A stretch of 64,000 bases of DNA, from contig VRMN01000002.1 in NCBI GenBank assembly GCA_008690995.1, positions 1,922,001 to 1,986,000 on the forward strand, in the 5' to 3' direction. Positions 38,885-49,704 of this stretch are shown here, piece by piece (position 1 is the stretch's first letter; each line of letters opens with the position of its first letter). This DNA is from Porphyridium purpureum (Eukaryota). Under the pieces are notes generated by a model. It was not told where the DNA came from. It did no database searches and worked only from the letters and a program-made list of their open reading frames with translations. The translations under genes were made by a program, and so were the position numbers.

Positions 38885-40660
38885 TTAGATGGGCAGGTTA
38901 TCGTGCTTTCGCGGCCACACTGACTCGCGCGTGGATGCGTCCCCGGCGCACTCTAAATCATGAATAATTAGCCGCCGAGTGTCTGCAGGTTGGATGATCG
39001 CGTCCACGTATCCCCGGTGCGCAGCGATCAATGGGTTGACAAACTCCTCTGCATACTCGTTCTCCAGTCGCTGGAGCAGAGCCTTCGCATCTTCCGGAGA
39101 AGCAGCGGCGCTGATCTCTTTATGGTTGAGAATGCGCACCGCACCCGCGGCGCCCATGACCGCGATCTCGGCAGTGGGCCACGCGTAATTATAGTCGAAG
39201 AATTCTTTGGATGCAAGCACACAGTATGCACCGCCGAATGCCTTGCGTGTGATCACATTGATTTTGGGGACCGTAGCGTCTGCAAACGCGAACAAGAGCT
39301 TGGCACCGTGTCTAATAATTCCGTTGTGCTCTTGCCCTGTACCTGGTAGGAATCCGGGTACGTCAACAAACGTGACCAGCGGCACATTGAACGCGTCACA
39401 AAATCGTACGAATCGAGCTCCTTTCATCGAGGCGTTGATATCTAACACGCCGGCCATGTGCGTGGGCTGGTTTGCGACGATGCCCACGCTCCTACCTCCA
39501 AGTCGCGCAAAACCGACGAGCAGATTTTGTGCGTGTGAGCGATGGATTTCGAAAAAGTGGCCGCCATCCACGACACGCTCAATGATGTAACGCATGTCGT
39601 ACGGCTCTTTTGAGTCATCTGGGACAACCCAGTCAAGCGACTCATCGCGCCGTGCAATGTCGTCCTCGCACGTGATATGATCAGTCGTTGGCGGGGAAAC
39701 GTCGAACGCGTGTGAGGGCAAGAAGGAGCACAGCTCGCGTACGCGACGGAGCACGTCAATATCATCTGTACCAACATAATGCGCCACGCCAGACTTACTG
39801 GCGTGAACATCGGCCCCGCCCAGGGACTCGAATGATACCTTTTCGCGCGTGACTTGCTCGACCACGTCTGGGCCGGTCAGAAACATGTGCGACGTTTCGC
39901 GAACCATGAAAACAAAGTCGGTCAGCGCCGGTGCGTACACTGCGCCGCCTGCCGCAGGGCCCATGACAACTGAAATCTGAGGCACATAGCCGGACATCTT
40001 GACAATACGCTTAAATATAGAAGAATACGCGGAGAGCGCGGCGACTGACTCGGAAATGCGAGCGCCACCCGAATCAGAGATGCCAATGACCGGAGCCTTT
40101 GCATGTGCTGCAAGATCCATCACTTTACAAATCTTCTCGGCGTGCGCCTCGCCCAGACTTCCACCCTGCACCGTAAAATCCTGCGAGTACACAAAGACCG
40201 TGCGCCCGTCGATGAGACCACGCCCGGTGACCACCCCGTCACCCATGCCATTCTTCTTCTGCTTCGCGGCACTACGGCTATGGCCGTTATTATTGCGCGA
40301 CTCCTTGAGTCGGTCCATTTCATGAAATGTGTCTTGATCGAGCAAGAGCAAGAGCCGCTCGCGCGCAGACAGGCGTCCACTGGCGTGGTGCTTCTCGAGT
40401 CGTTGAGCGCCTCCTCCAAGCAATGCGTCTGCATTCTCTCGTTCAATGCGCCGCCTGGTCCGGAGGCGCAGTATATTACCTCCTCGGAGCTCCTCTTCGG
40501 CCAAGTCTGCCGCTGCAGTTTCCGCTACGGCGTTTCTCGTTGCCGTCGTGTCGGCACGCACCTGGACACACAACGTGCGCGAGCTGTGCATGGCCAAGCA
40601 TACGGGCGCACTTGGAGCCAGACGCAGCCGGACGTGCTTCGACAGCAGTCGCCCCGCCAT
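38885..40660 (-). CDS. PCCB: Propionyl-CoA carboxylase beta chain, mitochondrial
   Basis: GDGVVTG, SQDFTV.GGSLG, DSGGARI, GARFVRFCDAFN, DVPGFLPG..QE..GIIRHGAK, RKHDNLPI. Confidence 0.9.
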   Translation of the reverse strand: MAGRLLSKHVRLRLAPSAPVCLAMHSSRTLCVQVRADTTATRNAVAETAAADLAEEELRGGNILRLRTRRRIERENADALLGGGAQRLEKHHASGRLSARERLLLLLDQDTFHEMDRLKESRNNNGHSRSAAKQKKNGMGDGVVTGRGLIDGRTVFVYSQDFTVQGGSLGEAHAEKICKVMDLAAHAKAPVIGISDSGGARISESVAALSAYSSIFKRIVKMSGYVPQISVVMGPAAGGAVYAPALTDFVFMVRETSHMFLTGPDVVEQVTREKVSFESLGGADVHASKSGVAHYVGTDDIDVLRRVRELCSFLPSHAFDVSPPTTDHITCEDDIARRDESLDWVVPDDSKEPYDMRYIIERVVDGGHFFEIHRSHAQNLLVGFARLGGRSVGIVANQPTHMAGVLDINASMKGARFVRFCDAFNVPLVTFVDVPGFLPGTGQEHNGIIRHGAKLLFAFADATVPKINVITRKAFGGAYCVLASKEFFDYNYAWPTAEIAVMGAAGAVRILNHKEISAAASPEDAKALLQRLENEYAEEFVNPLIAAHRGYVDAIIQPADTRRLIIHDLECAGDASTRESVWPRKHDNLPI

Positions 40661-40889
40661 GTTCGATGCTCTTGTGCAGGGACGGGGACACACAAGCAAA
40701 CACACAGTCGCGAGCGCCCATACACTGCCGCCTTCCTCGGCCTCGACGCGTGAACATCTGCGACATGGCGGGGGCTGGAAAGAATATCTGGCAAGTTTCG
40801 CCATGCGGTTCAAGTGGAAAATGAGGAGGAGATCTCATTCTGTGATTTTTACGAAAGCCTGCCGGACCGATAAGCGATGATGGAGTCGT

Positions 40890-42122
40890 TTACCCGATGG
40901 TTGTTTGGAGTGAGTCACGACACGCCTGGAGCTTGCGCGTAGCGCGCGTCAGCGTCTGTGTGACGGCCGACAGCGAGACGCCAAATGCCTCGGCAACCTC
41001 GGTCACGGATCGGGGGTGCTCGTGCCCGTCCAGACCGTAGCGCATGCACAGCACAGCGTGCTCTTTAGAAGTGAGTTGCTCACGAAGGAAACGACTCAGC
41101 AGCTCGCTGCGCTCTTGCTCGAGAACACGCATATCTGGCATGTCTGCCTCTGAGATTCGCACAGTACTCGCAGCGCTCACACTGGACGAGGCCGACGACA
41201 AGCCAGAGTCGCTTGTTTCCAAGTGGAACACCAGAGGCGAGTCCAAACTCCTCACGTCAAAGCTGTTTTCCAACGTGCTTCGAATCAGCGACTCTTCGAG
41301 CGGCGTCTCTAGGCGCTGGGCGATCTCAGACACCGTGGGCGACCTGCCCAGTTCCAGCGCAAGGGTCTTGGCAGTCTGTTGAATGGCTGAGCGCTTCTCA
41401 AACACATGCACAGGTAGCCGAATCATGCCGGCCTGGTTTTGTTCTGCCCTACGCATGTAGTGCATGATCCACGGCGAGGCGTATGCAGCAAAGCTCGTGC
41501 CCCGGCTCGGGTCAAACTTGCGCGCCGCGTGCATAAGGCCCAAACACCCTTCCTGAACCAGGTCCATGAGAGGCAGCCGGAAGTAAGATGCACATTTTCT
41601 AGCCATGCGTACAACCAATCGCATATGCGAAACAACCAGTGTGTTTCGCGCTTCCGATGCCGTATCTTGAGCGCCATGTCCCACGACTGGATTTTCTAAG
41701 AGCTGTTTGCTCAATGTCTGCACGCGCTGGTTGGACAGATACTCTTGCATCGCCGCCTGCAAGGTCAGTTCACGGAGCTCGTCCCTTTCGGTGGCGAATT
41801 TCGTCAAAAGGGGCGCTGATGACGTGAATGATGGCAAGGACCGTAGTTCCTCTTTCACAGCGCTGCTCGGTGTCTGTGCTGGTGCTTTGCGCCGTGATGA
41901 CGACGTTAATGATGTCCGCCGGCGCGAATCTTGCAGCGTTCGTGTGCGCACTGATGCCTGCGTTCGATCTCTATCTACAACTACCCCTCTCATGACGACA
42001 ACGTTATGTGTGCACGGTTGCTGTGCGCACGCCGACGAGCCGGCCGCGATTCGCTCCGCCGCAAACGCCGGTGCGCCGTGCGCACGAATCGCGATGCCTC
42101 CCGTGTGCACGAATCCCGCCAT
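40890..42122 (-). CDS. Nuclear-encoded plastid sigma-70 factor
   Basis: Region 2 MRLVVRMA..DLVQEGCLGL..A.KFDP.RG..F..YA..WI, IRLPVH, region 4 HTH; transit-like MAGFVH at 42122 (start uncertain). Confidence 0.9.
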   Translation of the reverse strand: MAGFVHTGGIAIRAHGAPAFAAERIAAGSSACAQQPCTHNVVVMRGVVVDRDRTQASVRTRTLQDSRRRTSLTSSSRRKAPAQTPSSAVKEELRSLPSFTSSAPLLTKFATERDELRELTLQAAMQEYLSNQRVQTLSKQLLENPVVGHGAQDTASEARNTLVVSHMRLVVRMARKCASYFRLPLMDLVQEGCLGLMHAARKFDPSRGTSFAAYASPWIMHYMRRAEQNQAGMIRLPVHVFEKRSAIQQTAKTLALELGRSPTVSEIAQRLETPLEESLIRSTLENSFDVRSLDSPLVFHLETSDSGLSSASSSVSAASTVRISEADMPDMRVLEQERSELLSRFLREQLTSKEHAVLCMRYGLDGHEHPRSVTEVAEAFGVSLSAVTQTLTRATRKLQACRDSLQTTIG

Positions 42123-43788
42123 ACTCTCGTGCCTCACCATAATTTTCGAACAAAATCGTTCCGCTCTCCGCGTCTCCCTCTGCTTCTTTCGCAACGCCTC
42201 CATACTTCTTCCGTCCCGCTCAATCGTAATATGCGCGAGCCGCCGAATGCCTCGACGTGCTCCTCGCTGTGCACAGCGCTGTGCAGGCTTGCGTATGGCC
42301 GTGGCCGCGGCCGCACTTTCCACCGGACCGCGTGCGGAATGCGGCGATGCGCTCCACGGCAAATGACGCGGCGCGCTTTGCTCCAACGGCCTTTGCCAAC
42401 TGCCACCGTGCCCGTTCCAGCGCTTTGCCAGAGCCATTAGCCGCAGCTGCGGCGCGTATCCGTACACGGTTCCAGAAACGCGTGCTCGCCCCGCGCACCA
42501 AGAAACAGCCGCGCGCGGAAATCATATATCAAAACAGCCCGTTTTTATGGGAAACGGCGCGGTGTGCGCGCAGTAAGCGTGCATGACGCGCTTGGAACAT
42601 GCAGCAAGGTGTACCTCTGCAGGGTGTGGGTACAGTTGGAACGGACTGTACTTTTAGCAGAACCGGGCGCCAGCTGGACGCGCTTGGCTGGTGCCTGGCT
42701 GGGAGCAGGCGGGTAAGGGCTGACTGGGAGCCTGAGGCAGAGGACGAGCTGGTTTGTGGAATGGAAAGAAGCAGCAGGGCGACAGCGCGGCGCTGCACGA
42801 TCATTGACAGGATGGACAGACTGGTGTGAATGGTCTGGCGCCGGTTATAAAAGCACCGCTTGCATTGCCCGGGCAAGAGTGGAGGCCGGCATTGGTATGA
42901 TCGATCACTGCGGAGAAGGGGAAGCCATATTCTGCTTTGGTCTGGACAGGACCCCGGGCAGGGCCCGGGCAGGGCCTGGGCAGCATGCGTGCTTCCTGAG
43001 TGACGAGAGGAAGGTCAGCTTGGGAATATCGGTCAGAGAAAGGTAAAAGGAGGTGATGTGAGTAGCTGGGCGTACCGAAGACGGTGCGGGAACCCCCCAG
43101 ACAGCGCGAAGCATGCAAATCGACGAGGTCTTTCATCAACGTGCAGCAAATGAAGGAACTGTTGCTTCCATCAACACAGCTCATGTTGACAATGTTCTTT
43201 GAAAGATCAGCGTTCACACGTTCAAGATTCAAATGTCACAGCCATGGGCGAGACGGAACGATCCCGTCTTGCCGCGGCGCCCTCAAAGCTCAAGAAGTGT
43301 TCAGAATCTCAAGCTTCAGCGCGTAAGGCTCGTTCAAATCCCAGGTCTACAGTGATGCGGAGTCTCCTTGTCCTCCGCGCGTGCACTGCTGGGCAGCGCT
43401 GTCTGGGTTTCTGCATCGTCTTGGGTACGTCGCAGCTACTCGCCATCCCCTCCTTTTCTTCTCTATCCACCTGCCGTTTCTCTCTTTCTGTTTCTGCACA
43501 CTTAGGATTATACTCCAACGGTAAATACTCCGCTCTTCTCGCACACGCGCGCAAGTCATTGCCTCATTCGTCCTTGGTTTCTTTCCTTGCTCACGCCATT
43601 TCTCCGTTCACTTTTGCAGTTGAACAACCGCGATACCTCACCCGTTATCGAGAACACTGTACCTTACCCACCAACCTGGCTGACGTACGTCAACGCATAT
43701 CGCCATATCCGCCATTACCATTTTATATCATCACGCGCTTTAAGCGAGCTCTCTCTATGTGAATTAATTAACAGCGCTTCTCTTACGA

Positions 43789-43823
43789 GCAGCCGCCGCA
43801 GCCGCAGCCGCAGCCGCAGCAGC
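43789..43823. repeat. (GCAGCC)n simple repeat
   Basis: Seen directly in intergenic DNA. Confidence 0.85.
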
Positions 43824-44132
43824 ACACCCCCGACCTCGAGATCTGTCATCGCTTGATCTTTGTTTGTTCATGTCAGCCACAAGTGGAGAGGGGGGTTCTG
43901 TGTTCGTGTATCAAATCGCGCCGTTTTGATACACGCATCGCGCGGTTGCAAGTGTGTTCCGCGTTCGTTCCGCAAGGTCCGCGCGCGGAGGGAGGGCCAG
44001 CGCGGCGCGTATAATTGCGGTGCTGCGCACGCAGGGCCGGCCGAAACCCCTCCACAAAAGTCGCCGCTCTGTCCAATCGCACTGTTTTGCGGTGTGAAGG
44101 CTTTTTCGAGCGGTCTGTTGAGCGGGTTCGCT

Positions 44133-44140
44133 TATAAAAA
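44133..44140 (+). promoter_or_regulatory. TATA box (TTATAAAA) of the DCC1-like gene
   Basis: Canonical TATAAAA followed by a ~280-nt purine-rich leader. Confidence 0.55.
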
Positions 44141-44423
44141 GGGCGCGGTAGGAGCGAGGCGGAAGCGAGGCGCAGACAGGAAGCGGCGGGAGGTGGAGAG
44201 TGGAGCGGTAAGGGAACGTGGAGGGGTAACAACGGAACGGAGGAAGGATAAGAGCAGCGCGCGGTGGGGGAGTTGTGGAAAGAGGAAGAGTGGTGGTGCG
44301 GTGGCGGACGGTGAAGAGTGTTGCGATAAGAAGGGTGGGAAAGTGAAGGAGGGAAGCGCGCGAGAGAAGGGAGAGGAACGGCCTAAAGGAGGTACGGGTG
44401 AGAGGGCGACGCGCGCAGAGAGG

Positions 44424-45128
44424 ATGATGGCGTGTGAAGCGGGATTTGTAGGGAGTGGACTTGTGGGGGCGGGCGCGGCGCAGGCGCGAGCTGCGCGCGG
44501 CGTGGATGTCGCGCGTGCGCGCGGAGGAGCGGCCGTAGCCGTTCCGAGGGTGTCGCGTGCCCGGCTCATGATGACGACCACGAGTAAGCCCGAGCTGGAC
44601 GTGCAGAAGCAGCAGCTGGATGTGAAGGAGCTGGCGCGCGGCATTGAGCGCTCGCAACTATCGTACCGCGACGTGGATTGCGACAAGTGGTCCATCGAGC
44701 TGTTGTACGATGGCGCGTGCTCACTGTGCACGGCCGAGGCGAACTTTTTGATGAAGAGGGACACGGGTCGTGGAAACATCAAGTTTGTGGACATTTCAAG
44801 CATAGAGTATGACGCATCCGAACATCACAACGTTTCTTACGAACAAGCCATGGGTCGCCTGCACGCCATCAAGCGCGACGGTACGATCATCACCGGTATC
44901 GATGTCTTCCGTGAGACGTACGCCGCGATTGGGCTTCTGTGGGTCTATCACCTTATGCAGAACCCTGTGGTAGGCTGGATGGCCGAGCGAGCTTACGATA
45001 TCTGGGCGGAAAACAGGTTACGAATCACAGGGAGGGGAGAGCTTGCAGATATCATTCGAGAGCGCGAGCGGCTGCTCGAAGAAAAGAACGAATCGGAGTG
45101 CGAGGATACGTGCAACATTGATTGGTGA
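44424..45128 (+). CDS. DCC1/DUF393 thiol-disulfide oxidoreductase, plastid-targeted
   Basis: LLYDGACSLC (DxxCxxC), FVDIS...Y, AMGRLH, YDIWA..RL.ITGR; transit-like MMACEAGFV. Confidence 0.9.
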   Translation: MMACEAGFVGSGLVGAGAAQARAARGVDVARARGGAAVAVPRVSRARLMMTTTSKPELDVQKQQLDVKELARGIERSQLSYRDVDCDKWSIELLYDGACSLCTAEANFLMKRDTGRGNIKFVDISSIEYDASEHHNVSYEQAMGRLHAIKRDGTIITGIDVFRETYAAIGLLWVYHLMQNPVVGWMAERAYDIWAENRLRITGRGELADIIRERERLLEEKNESECEDTCNIDW

Positions 45129-45648
45129 TGAGCCATCCGTCTGTCTTGTGTATGTTTCCGTCTGAAATGGCAGAGCTTTTCTTGCACGCAAAGGCACGAG
45201 AGCACGTGATCGTGGAGCGCGGATGTGTTCTAATGGCGTTCGTAGCTTTGTTGCATTCCCCTCAATATAAAGGGCGACACCAGGAACCGCGCTCACACAC
45301 CGAGTCCCCTCAGATGACTTGCAGAGGAAGAGCCGATTCTGCTATATTAACAGTTCCTGAAATAGTTGCGTCCCGAGTGAAAAGAGAAAGAGTAAAGTGC
45401 GCTAATCCAGTTTTGGAGTTTACTCGTTGAGAATTCTCAAATCTCGCAGTGCCTTCCTTTCCGTGGCCTTCATTTGCGCAAGGTCGCTACACGTAGGCAG
45501 CCTTCCGACCTCGTCCAGCCCCCTTGCCCCCGTGTTCATCGGAACATCACACACTCCGGTCGCAAAGCTAGTACCTCGTTTGCCTTGGCTTGTCTGTCGT
45601 TTAGCACCCCAGAAAAAAATAATTCAAGCAGAGCCAAGCAACGTCGCC

Positions 45649-47766
45649 TTATGGTTCGCCGGCGAGGCTCAAGAAATCGAGCGTTGTTCGCACAACATGC
45701 AACAAGTTGAACGCCAAGTTGTACAGGCGATCCGTCTGTCCGCTGCGGAACTCGTTGCATGCTTCGAACAGGCGCGCCCCGGGCAAAATTTCTACCTCTA
45801 CCTCGTACGTATTTGGAAGCTCCTGGCGCATGCCGGTTTGTCGATTAATCTCAAGTGCACTCACCGCAGTGATGTCCAAGCTAAAATTGTAATATTTGTA
45901 CGAGACGCGGTGCCGGTCGCGAATGAGTTCCGCGAGCTTCTCGAGCTTCCCTTCCGGGACACTCGTGACCTCCTCCGATGATGCCGACACACGGAAGTCA
46001 TACTTGTGCTTCGGAGAACTAAAGTTCAAATGCATGAGCTTCTCCTTCCTTTGAGCGCCTAATATCTTGAACTCATACGTTCCATTCGGTAGTTTTTTCT
46101 TCTCCCGTAGCACTCGCACCCTGTTCGGACACATGACAACACTCTCATGCCGGCGCTGGTAGTGGATGCGGCAATTTTCATCCGGATGATTTCGCAGCCT
46201 TTCGACTTGCTTGTTGAGGTATTCGTTGATCCGCCTGAACGCGTCTTGCTCCAAACTCGACTCGAATCTTACCAGCGCGTGCTGATTAAGCACGGTTTCG
46301 CAGAACACAGGCGGGTCAAAGCGCGCAGGCTGCGCATTCGGGCGAACGTCCGTCGGAAACAACATGCCAAGCTTAATCTCGAGCTCAACATTTGGTGACT
46401 TGACGTACTCGGCCATGAACTCTGCCAGAAGCATCGCACGGTCGTCAAACGCGATCGACTTCTCGTTGAACGGTGTGCGCAGCTCCCATGAAGAGGGTTG
46501 CTGCGTCGCTGGCGATGTATACTGTGGTTCGTGGCCTTGATATTGAGCCACGATCGCTGCGTCGGGATCTGAAACGGTTTTTGGATTTGGTGCGACTCCA
46601 GAGTCGCGCTGCGGCTGCGTGTATGCCTGTACCAGCGCCTGCGCTTCTGTCTGGGTGTCAGACGTCAAAAGACCTTCCTGCTGCTTTCGAGATGGCTGCA
46701 AGGGCTTTTGAACCAGCCTTTTCTTTTCTTCCAGTTGCTGCTGCCACTGCATGTCTTGTTTGTGTAACTTTTGACTCAGCCCTTCTTCCCTTCGGAGCCT
46801 CTCGTGCTCCTGCAAATTCTGTTCTGAGCCCGGCGTCTCCTGCTTCAGTTTCTTCACGGAAGCCTTCTCGTCCTGGTCCTGCTCGGCTTGCTGATCCTGC
46901 TCCTGTAGATCGTCGCTGCGTTTCACTTCTTTCTTGGCTTTGAGAGATTTGGCCTTCTTCTGCTGACTCGTGGCTTCATCCGCCAACGCGGAGCTGAGCG
47001 ACTGCTGCGTCTTGATAATACGGCTCCGCGACGGCGCCTGCTGTTGAGCGCCCGATATGCTGCCCATCTGCATGACACCTGGCGCCTGCTCGCGCATGTC
47101 CCTGCTCGAGACCGCTTGCGGTCCTGCAGCTGCGTCGTTCGATACGCGATCCGGCCTCTGTTCGCTCAATGATTCGTCGTACGCATGTTCTGACGTCGCG
47201 TGAGGCGATGCGAAATGATGTTGTGCATGTTGCGCATGTGGCAGCAGCGGCGGCGGCGGCGACTGCATTTGCGGATAATAGTGTTGCGGATGCATGTGCT
47301 GCATTTGCACTTGCATTTGCATCTGCATGGGCGACGGCGCTGGCTGCACTGGAGCCTGTGCATGCATTTGTTGCTGCTGCAGCAGCTGCTGTTGGTAGTT
47401 CATGGGCACAATAGGCTCCATCCGGAAAGGCGCACTCACCGGCATGGAACCCGACATCGTGAGCGGGTTCATGTTCATGGCGAAAGGGTTCGCCGGCGAC
47501 GCGGGCGGAGTGAGCTGCTCCGGCACTTCTCCCGCTGCGCACCTCACGGACTGCTCCCTGACCAGATCCACGGGAGCGCTGATCACCATGGCCTCTTCCG
47601 TCCGTGCATTCACGTCGGACCCTCCCGCGCGGGCACCCGTCGGGGTGCGCGACGGATCGAACATGCCCGCGCGCCCTTGCGCGCGCGGCTGCTGAGCCGC
47701 GTCCGGCAGGTGCTCGCTCCCGTTTCCGCGGTTCATTCGTGAGGCACCGCTCCCACTGCCAAACAT
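45649..47766 (-). CDS. CET1: mRNA-capping RNA 5'-triphosphatase, Cet1/TTM type, with Q-rich N-terminal extension
   Basis: Motif A ELEIKLG, DFRVSASSE, motif B RHRVSY, SLDITAV, motif C YEVEVE. Confidence 0.85.
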   Translation of the reverse strand: MFGSGSGASRMNRGNGSEHLPDAAQQPRAQGRAGMFDPSRTPTGARAGGSDVNARTEEAMVISAPVDLVREQSVRCAAGEVPEQLTPPASPANPFAMNMNPLTMSGSMPVSAPFRMEPIVPMNYQQQLLQQQQMHAQAPVQPAPSPMQMQMQVQMQHMHPQHYYPQMQSPPPPLLPHAQHAQHHFASPHATSEHAYDESLSEQRPDRVSNDAAAGPQAVSSRDMREQAPGVMQMGSISGAQQQAPSRSRIIKTQQSLSSALADEATSQQKKAKSLKAKKEVKRSDDLQEQDQQAEQDQDEKASVKKLKQETPGSEQNLQEHERLRREEGLSQKLHKQDMQWQQQLEEKKRLVQKPLQPSRKQQEGLLTSDTQTEAQALVQAYTQPQRDSGVAPNPKTVSDPDAAIVAQYQGHEPQYTSPATQQPSSWELRTPFNEKSIAFDDRAMLLAEFMAEYVKSPNVELEIKLGMLFPTDVRPNAQPARFDPPVFCETVLNQHALVRFESSLEQDAFRRINEYLNKQVERLRNHPDENCRIHYQRRHESVVMCPNRVRVLREKKKLPNGTYEFKILGAQRKEKLMHLNFSSPKHKYDFRVSASSEEVTSVPEGKLEKLAELIRDRHRVSYKYYNFSLDITAVSALEINRQTGMRQELPNTYEVEVEILPGARLFEACNEFRSGQTDRLYNLAFNLLHVVRTTLDFLSLAGEP

Positions 47767-48318
47767 ACTTGCCCCTTGCCCCGGCGCCGAGCAAGTCTGC
47801 AAGTGGCTTGTGCGTCGCCGTTTATCTCCGCCTTGCTGCTGCGGAGGACAGCCGCAAAGTCCAACTCGAAACCCGCGCACGCGCAGCAGTACTGTTGGAG
47901 GTACTGCTTTACACGCGTCTCATACACGTCGCTGGACTCGGCGCGCGGGGGCGCACGCGGGCACACGCGCAAGTGGTTGTCTGGCGCGCCAGGCGCCGGC
48001 GGACACGTCGTGCGAGCTTCCATGAGAACGGCCTCTGCAATTTTATTTACAACAACCCTCCCACACAATTACTCTTCCAGGTGAAACACAACATCGTTCT
48101 GTGTCCACGGCACCCTTGCACTGCTGCAGTCAGCCACAGATACGTACCCCATTCATCAATTCCAAAACCATGCATCCAAATAACGCCAGCGCAAAGGCAT
48201 CCCGCGCCTTTGCTCTGCGCGCACGCCCCTCGCGACACACGCACATACTCGGCCGCTCAGTCCATACCATACAAAAACGGAGGGAAGGGGGCAAGAGCTA
48301 GCCAGCTTGCGATTTCAC

Positions 48319-48822
48319 TTACATAAGGTCATCGGAGCCGTTGTCATAGTCGTCAAAGCTGCGGCGCGGCGGAGGACGGGACGCCTGGCGGTTCCTGTCA
48401 GCGCGGTCTACGCGAATTTCGCGGCCGTCCAGTCGCTCGCCGTTGAGCATCTGCACCGCACGGTCGCACGCCTCGTCGTTCGCAAAGGTGACGAAGCCAA
48501 ACCCACGCGACCTGCCGGTCATCTTGTCCTTGATGATACGAGCGTCCACAATCTCGCCCACGTTCGAGAACGCGCGGCCGAGCGCCTCGTCGGTTGTGCT
48601 CCAGGACACGTTGCCCACGTAGACCTGCAGACTGTTATCACGCGGTGGCCGCCTGTCGCTGTACTGGCGCCCCGATCCTCCATCCGAATCGTCAAAGTCC
48701 ATCTGCATGACCACGCTTCGCGCCGCGGCCTGGCGCGCCGCCGGAGCTCGCACGGGGCACGCCGCCGCGTTCACGGACGCGCCGGGGCGCGCCACCACTG
48801 CATTAAGGCTCACAAACGCCAT
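48319..48822 (-). CDS. Single-RRM RNA-binding protein, plastid-targeted
   Basis: RNP2 VYVGNV, RNP1 RGFGFVTF; transit MAFVSLN. Confidence 0.92.
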   Translation of the reverse strand: MAFVSLNAVVARPGASVNAAACPVRAPAARQAAARSVVMQMDFDDSDGGSGRQYSDRRPPRDNSLQVYVGNVSWSTTDEALGRAFSNVGEIVDARIIKDKMTGRSRGFGFVTFANDEACDRAVQMLNGERLDGREIRVDRADRNRQASRPPPRRSFDDYDNGSDDLM

Positions 48823-49704
48823 TCTGTTCTCCTCCTTCTCTTCAAACCAAACCTCAAGCAAGCTAGCACTACTCCTGCCCCCTTCCCTTCCTTCTGCCGC
48901 TACACCTTCCCCCCTTTTTCCCCCTCTCACCCTCCTCGCCGTCGCTCACTTATCTCCCCACTACCCCCTTCCCTTTCCACCCAAAACTACGCACGCATCG
49001 CACTTCTGTATCACCAAACGCACCAATTTCATGACGACGGCGAGTCGCGTCCGAGTTTTTCGATTTTTTGGGGGTTTGCGTCCGCGCTTGTCACGGCGGC
49101 CGTGGGGGTGGCCATCGCACTGTACCATTCAGGAAGAATGCCGTTTTATTAGATCGAGCGACGGTACACTCGCCATCCGGTGACGCTGGTGTGTTTTTGA
49201 GAGCCGGCCAAGTGACCGCCGAGATTCTTCAAGGGTTAACCCTAGATATGACCCCGGCGGTCGCGCGCCGTGTGTTTGCAAGACTCGGCACGACACGCGC
49301 GCTCTTGCCAGTACCCGTGCGACATCGTTTTCGGCACGTTCAAGCAGCGCGTGCCGCCATTCAAACGGGCTCTTGTTCAATCCGACGTGTGCGCTGCGAC
49401 GGAGTTTTTCAGCAGATAGATCCGTTTCCGGAGCATAGAGTAGCGTCACGAGACGGGACCTTATCCAGTCGCTGTTCGGGTGTCACGTGGTGTGGATCAT
49501 GATGGCGGCAGTGTCAACCAGCACATGGCTCATCCCGAGCATCTATAGAAATCAGTCTCATTCGCACCGGGCGCTCAATACCGCAAAAGAGGCTGAGCGC
49601 ACCCACATTCCAAGGCACCGCCGCAACCCCGCGTATCCACAAACAAACGCACGCGCCCGGGAAAGAATCGGTGGTCCACCGAGACGCACGCCGCGCGCAG
49701 CGCT

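Noticed and set aside
43006..43020. GAGGAAGGTCAGC resembling RNase P/MRP CR-I
   Set aside because: I found no convincing CR-V/P4 partner or P1-P3 helices; it would need cmsearch with the Rfam nuclear RNase P and MRP models to revive.
43040..43052. CCTTTTAC on the - strand resembling U5 loop I
   Set aside because: Lacks the invariant G, and the flanks do not form the stem.
43020..43311. Several in-frame TGA codons after the 45-codon ORF (selenoprotein or readthrough idea)
   Set aside because: The readthrough peptide is unrecognisable and I saw no SECIS.
49031..49620. Short ORFs and a GCGCTCA/TGAGCGC hairpin between the RRM gene and RPE
   Set aside because: No ATG-initiated recognisable protein; a single hairpin is not enough for an H/ACA or other ncRNA call.
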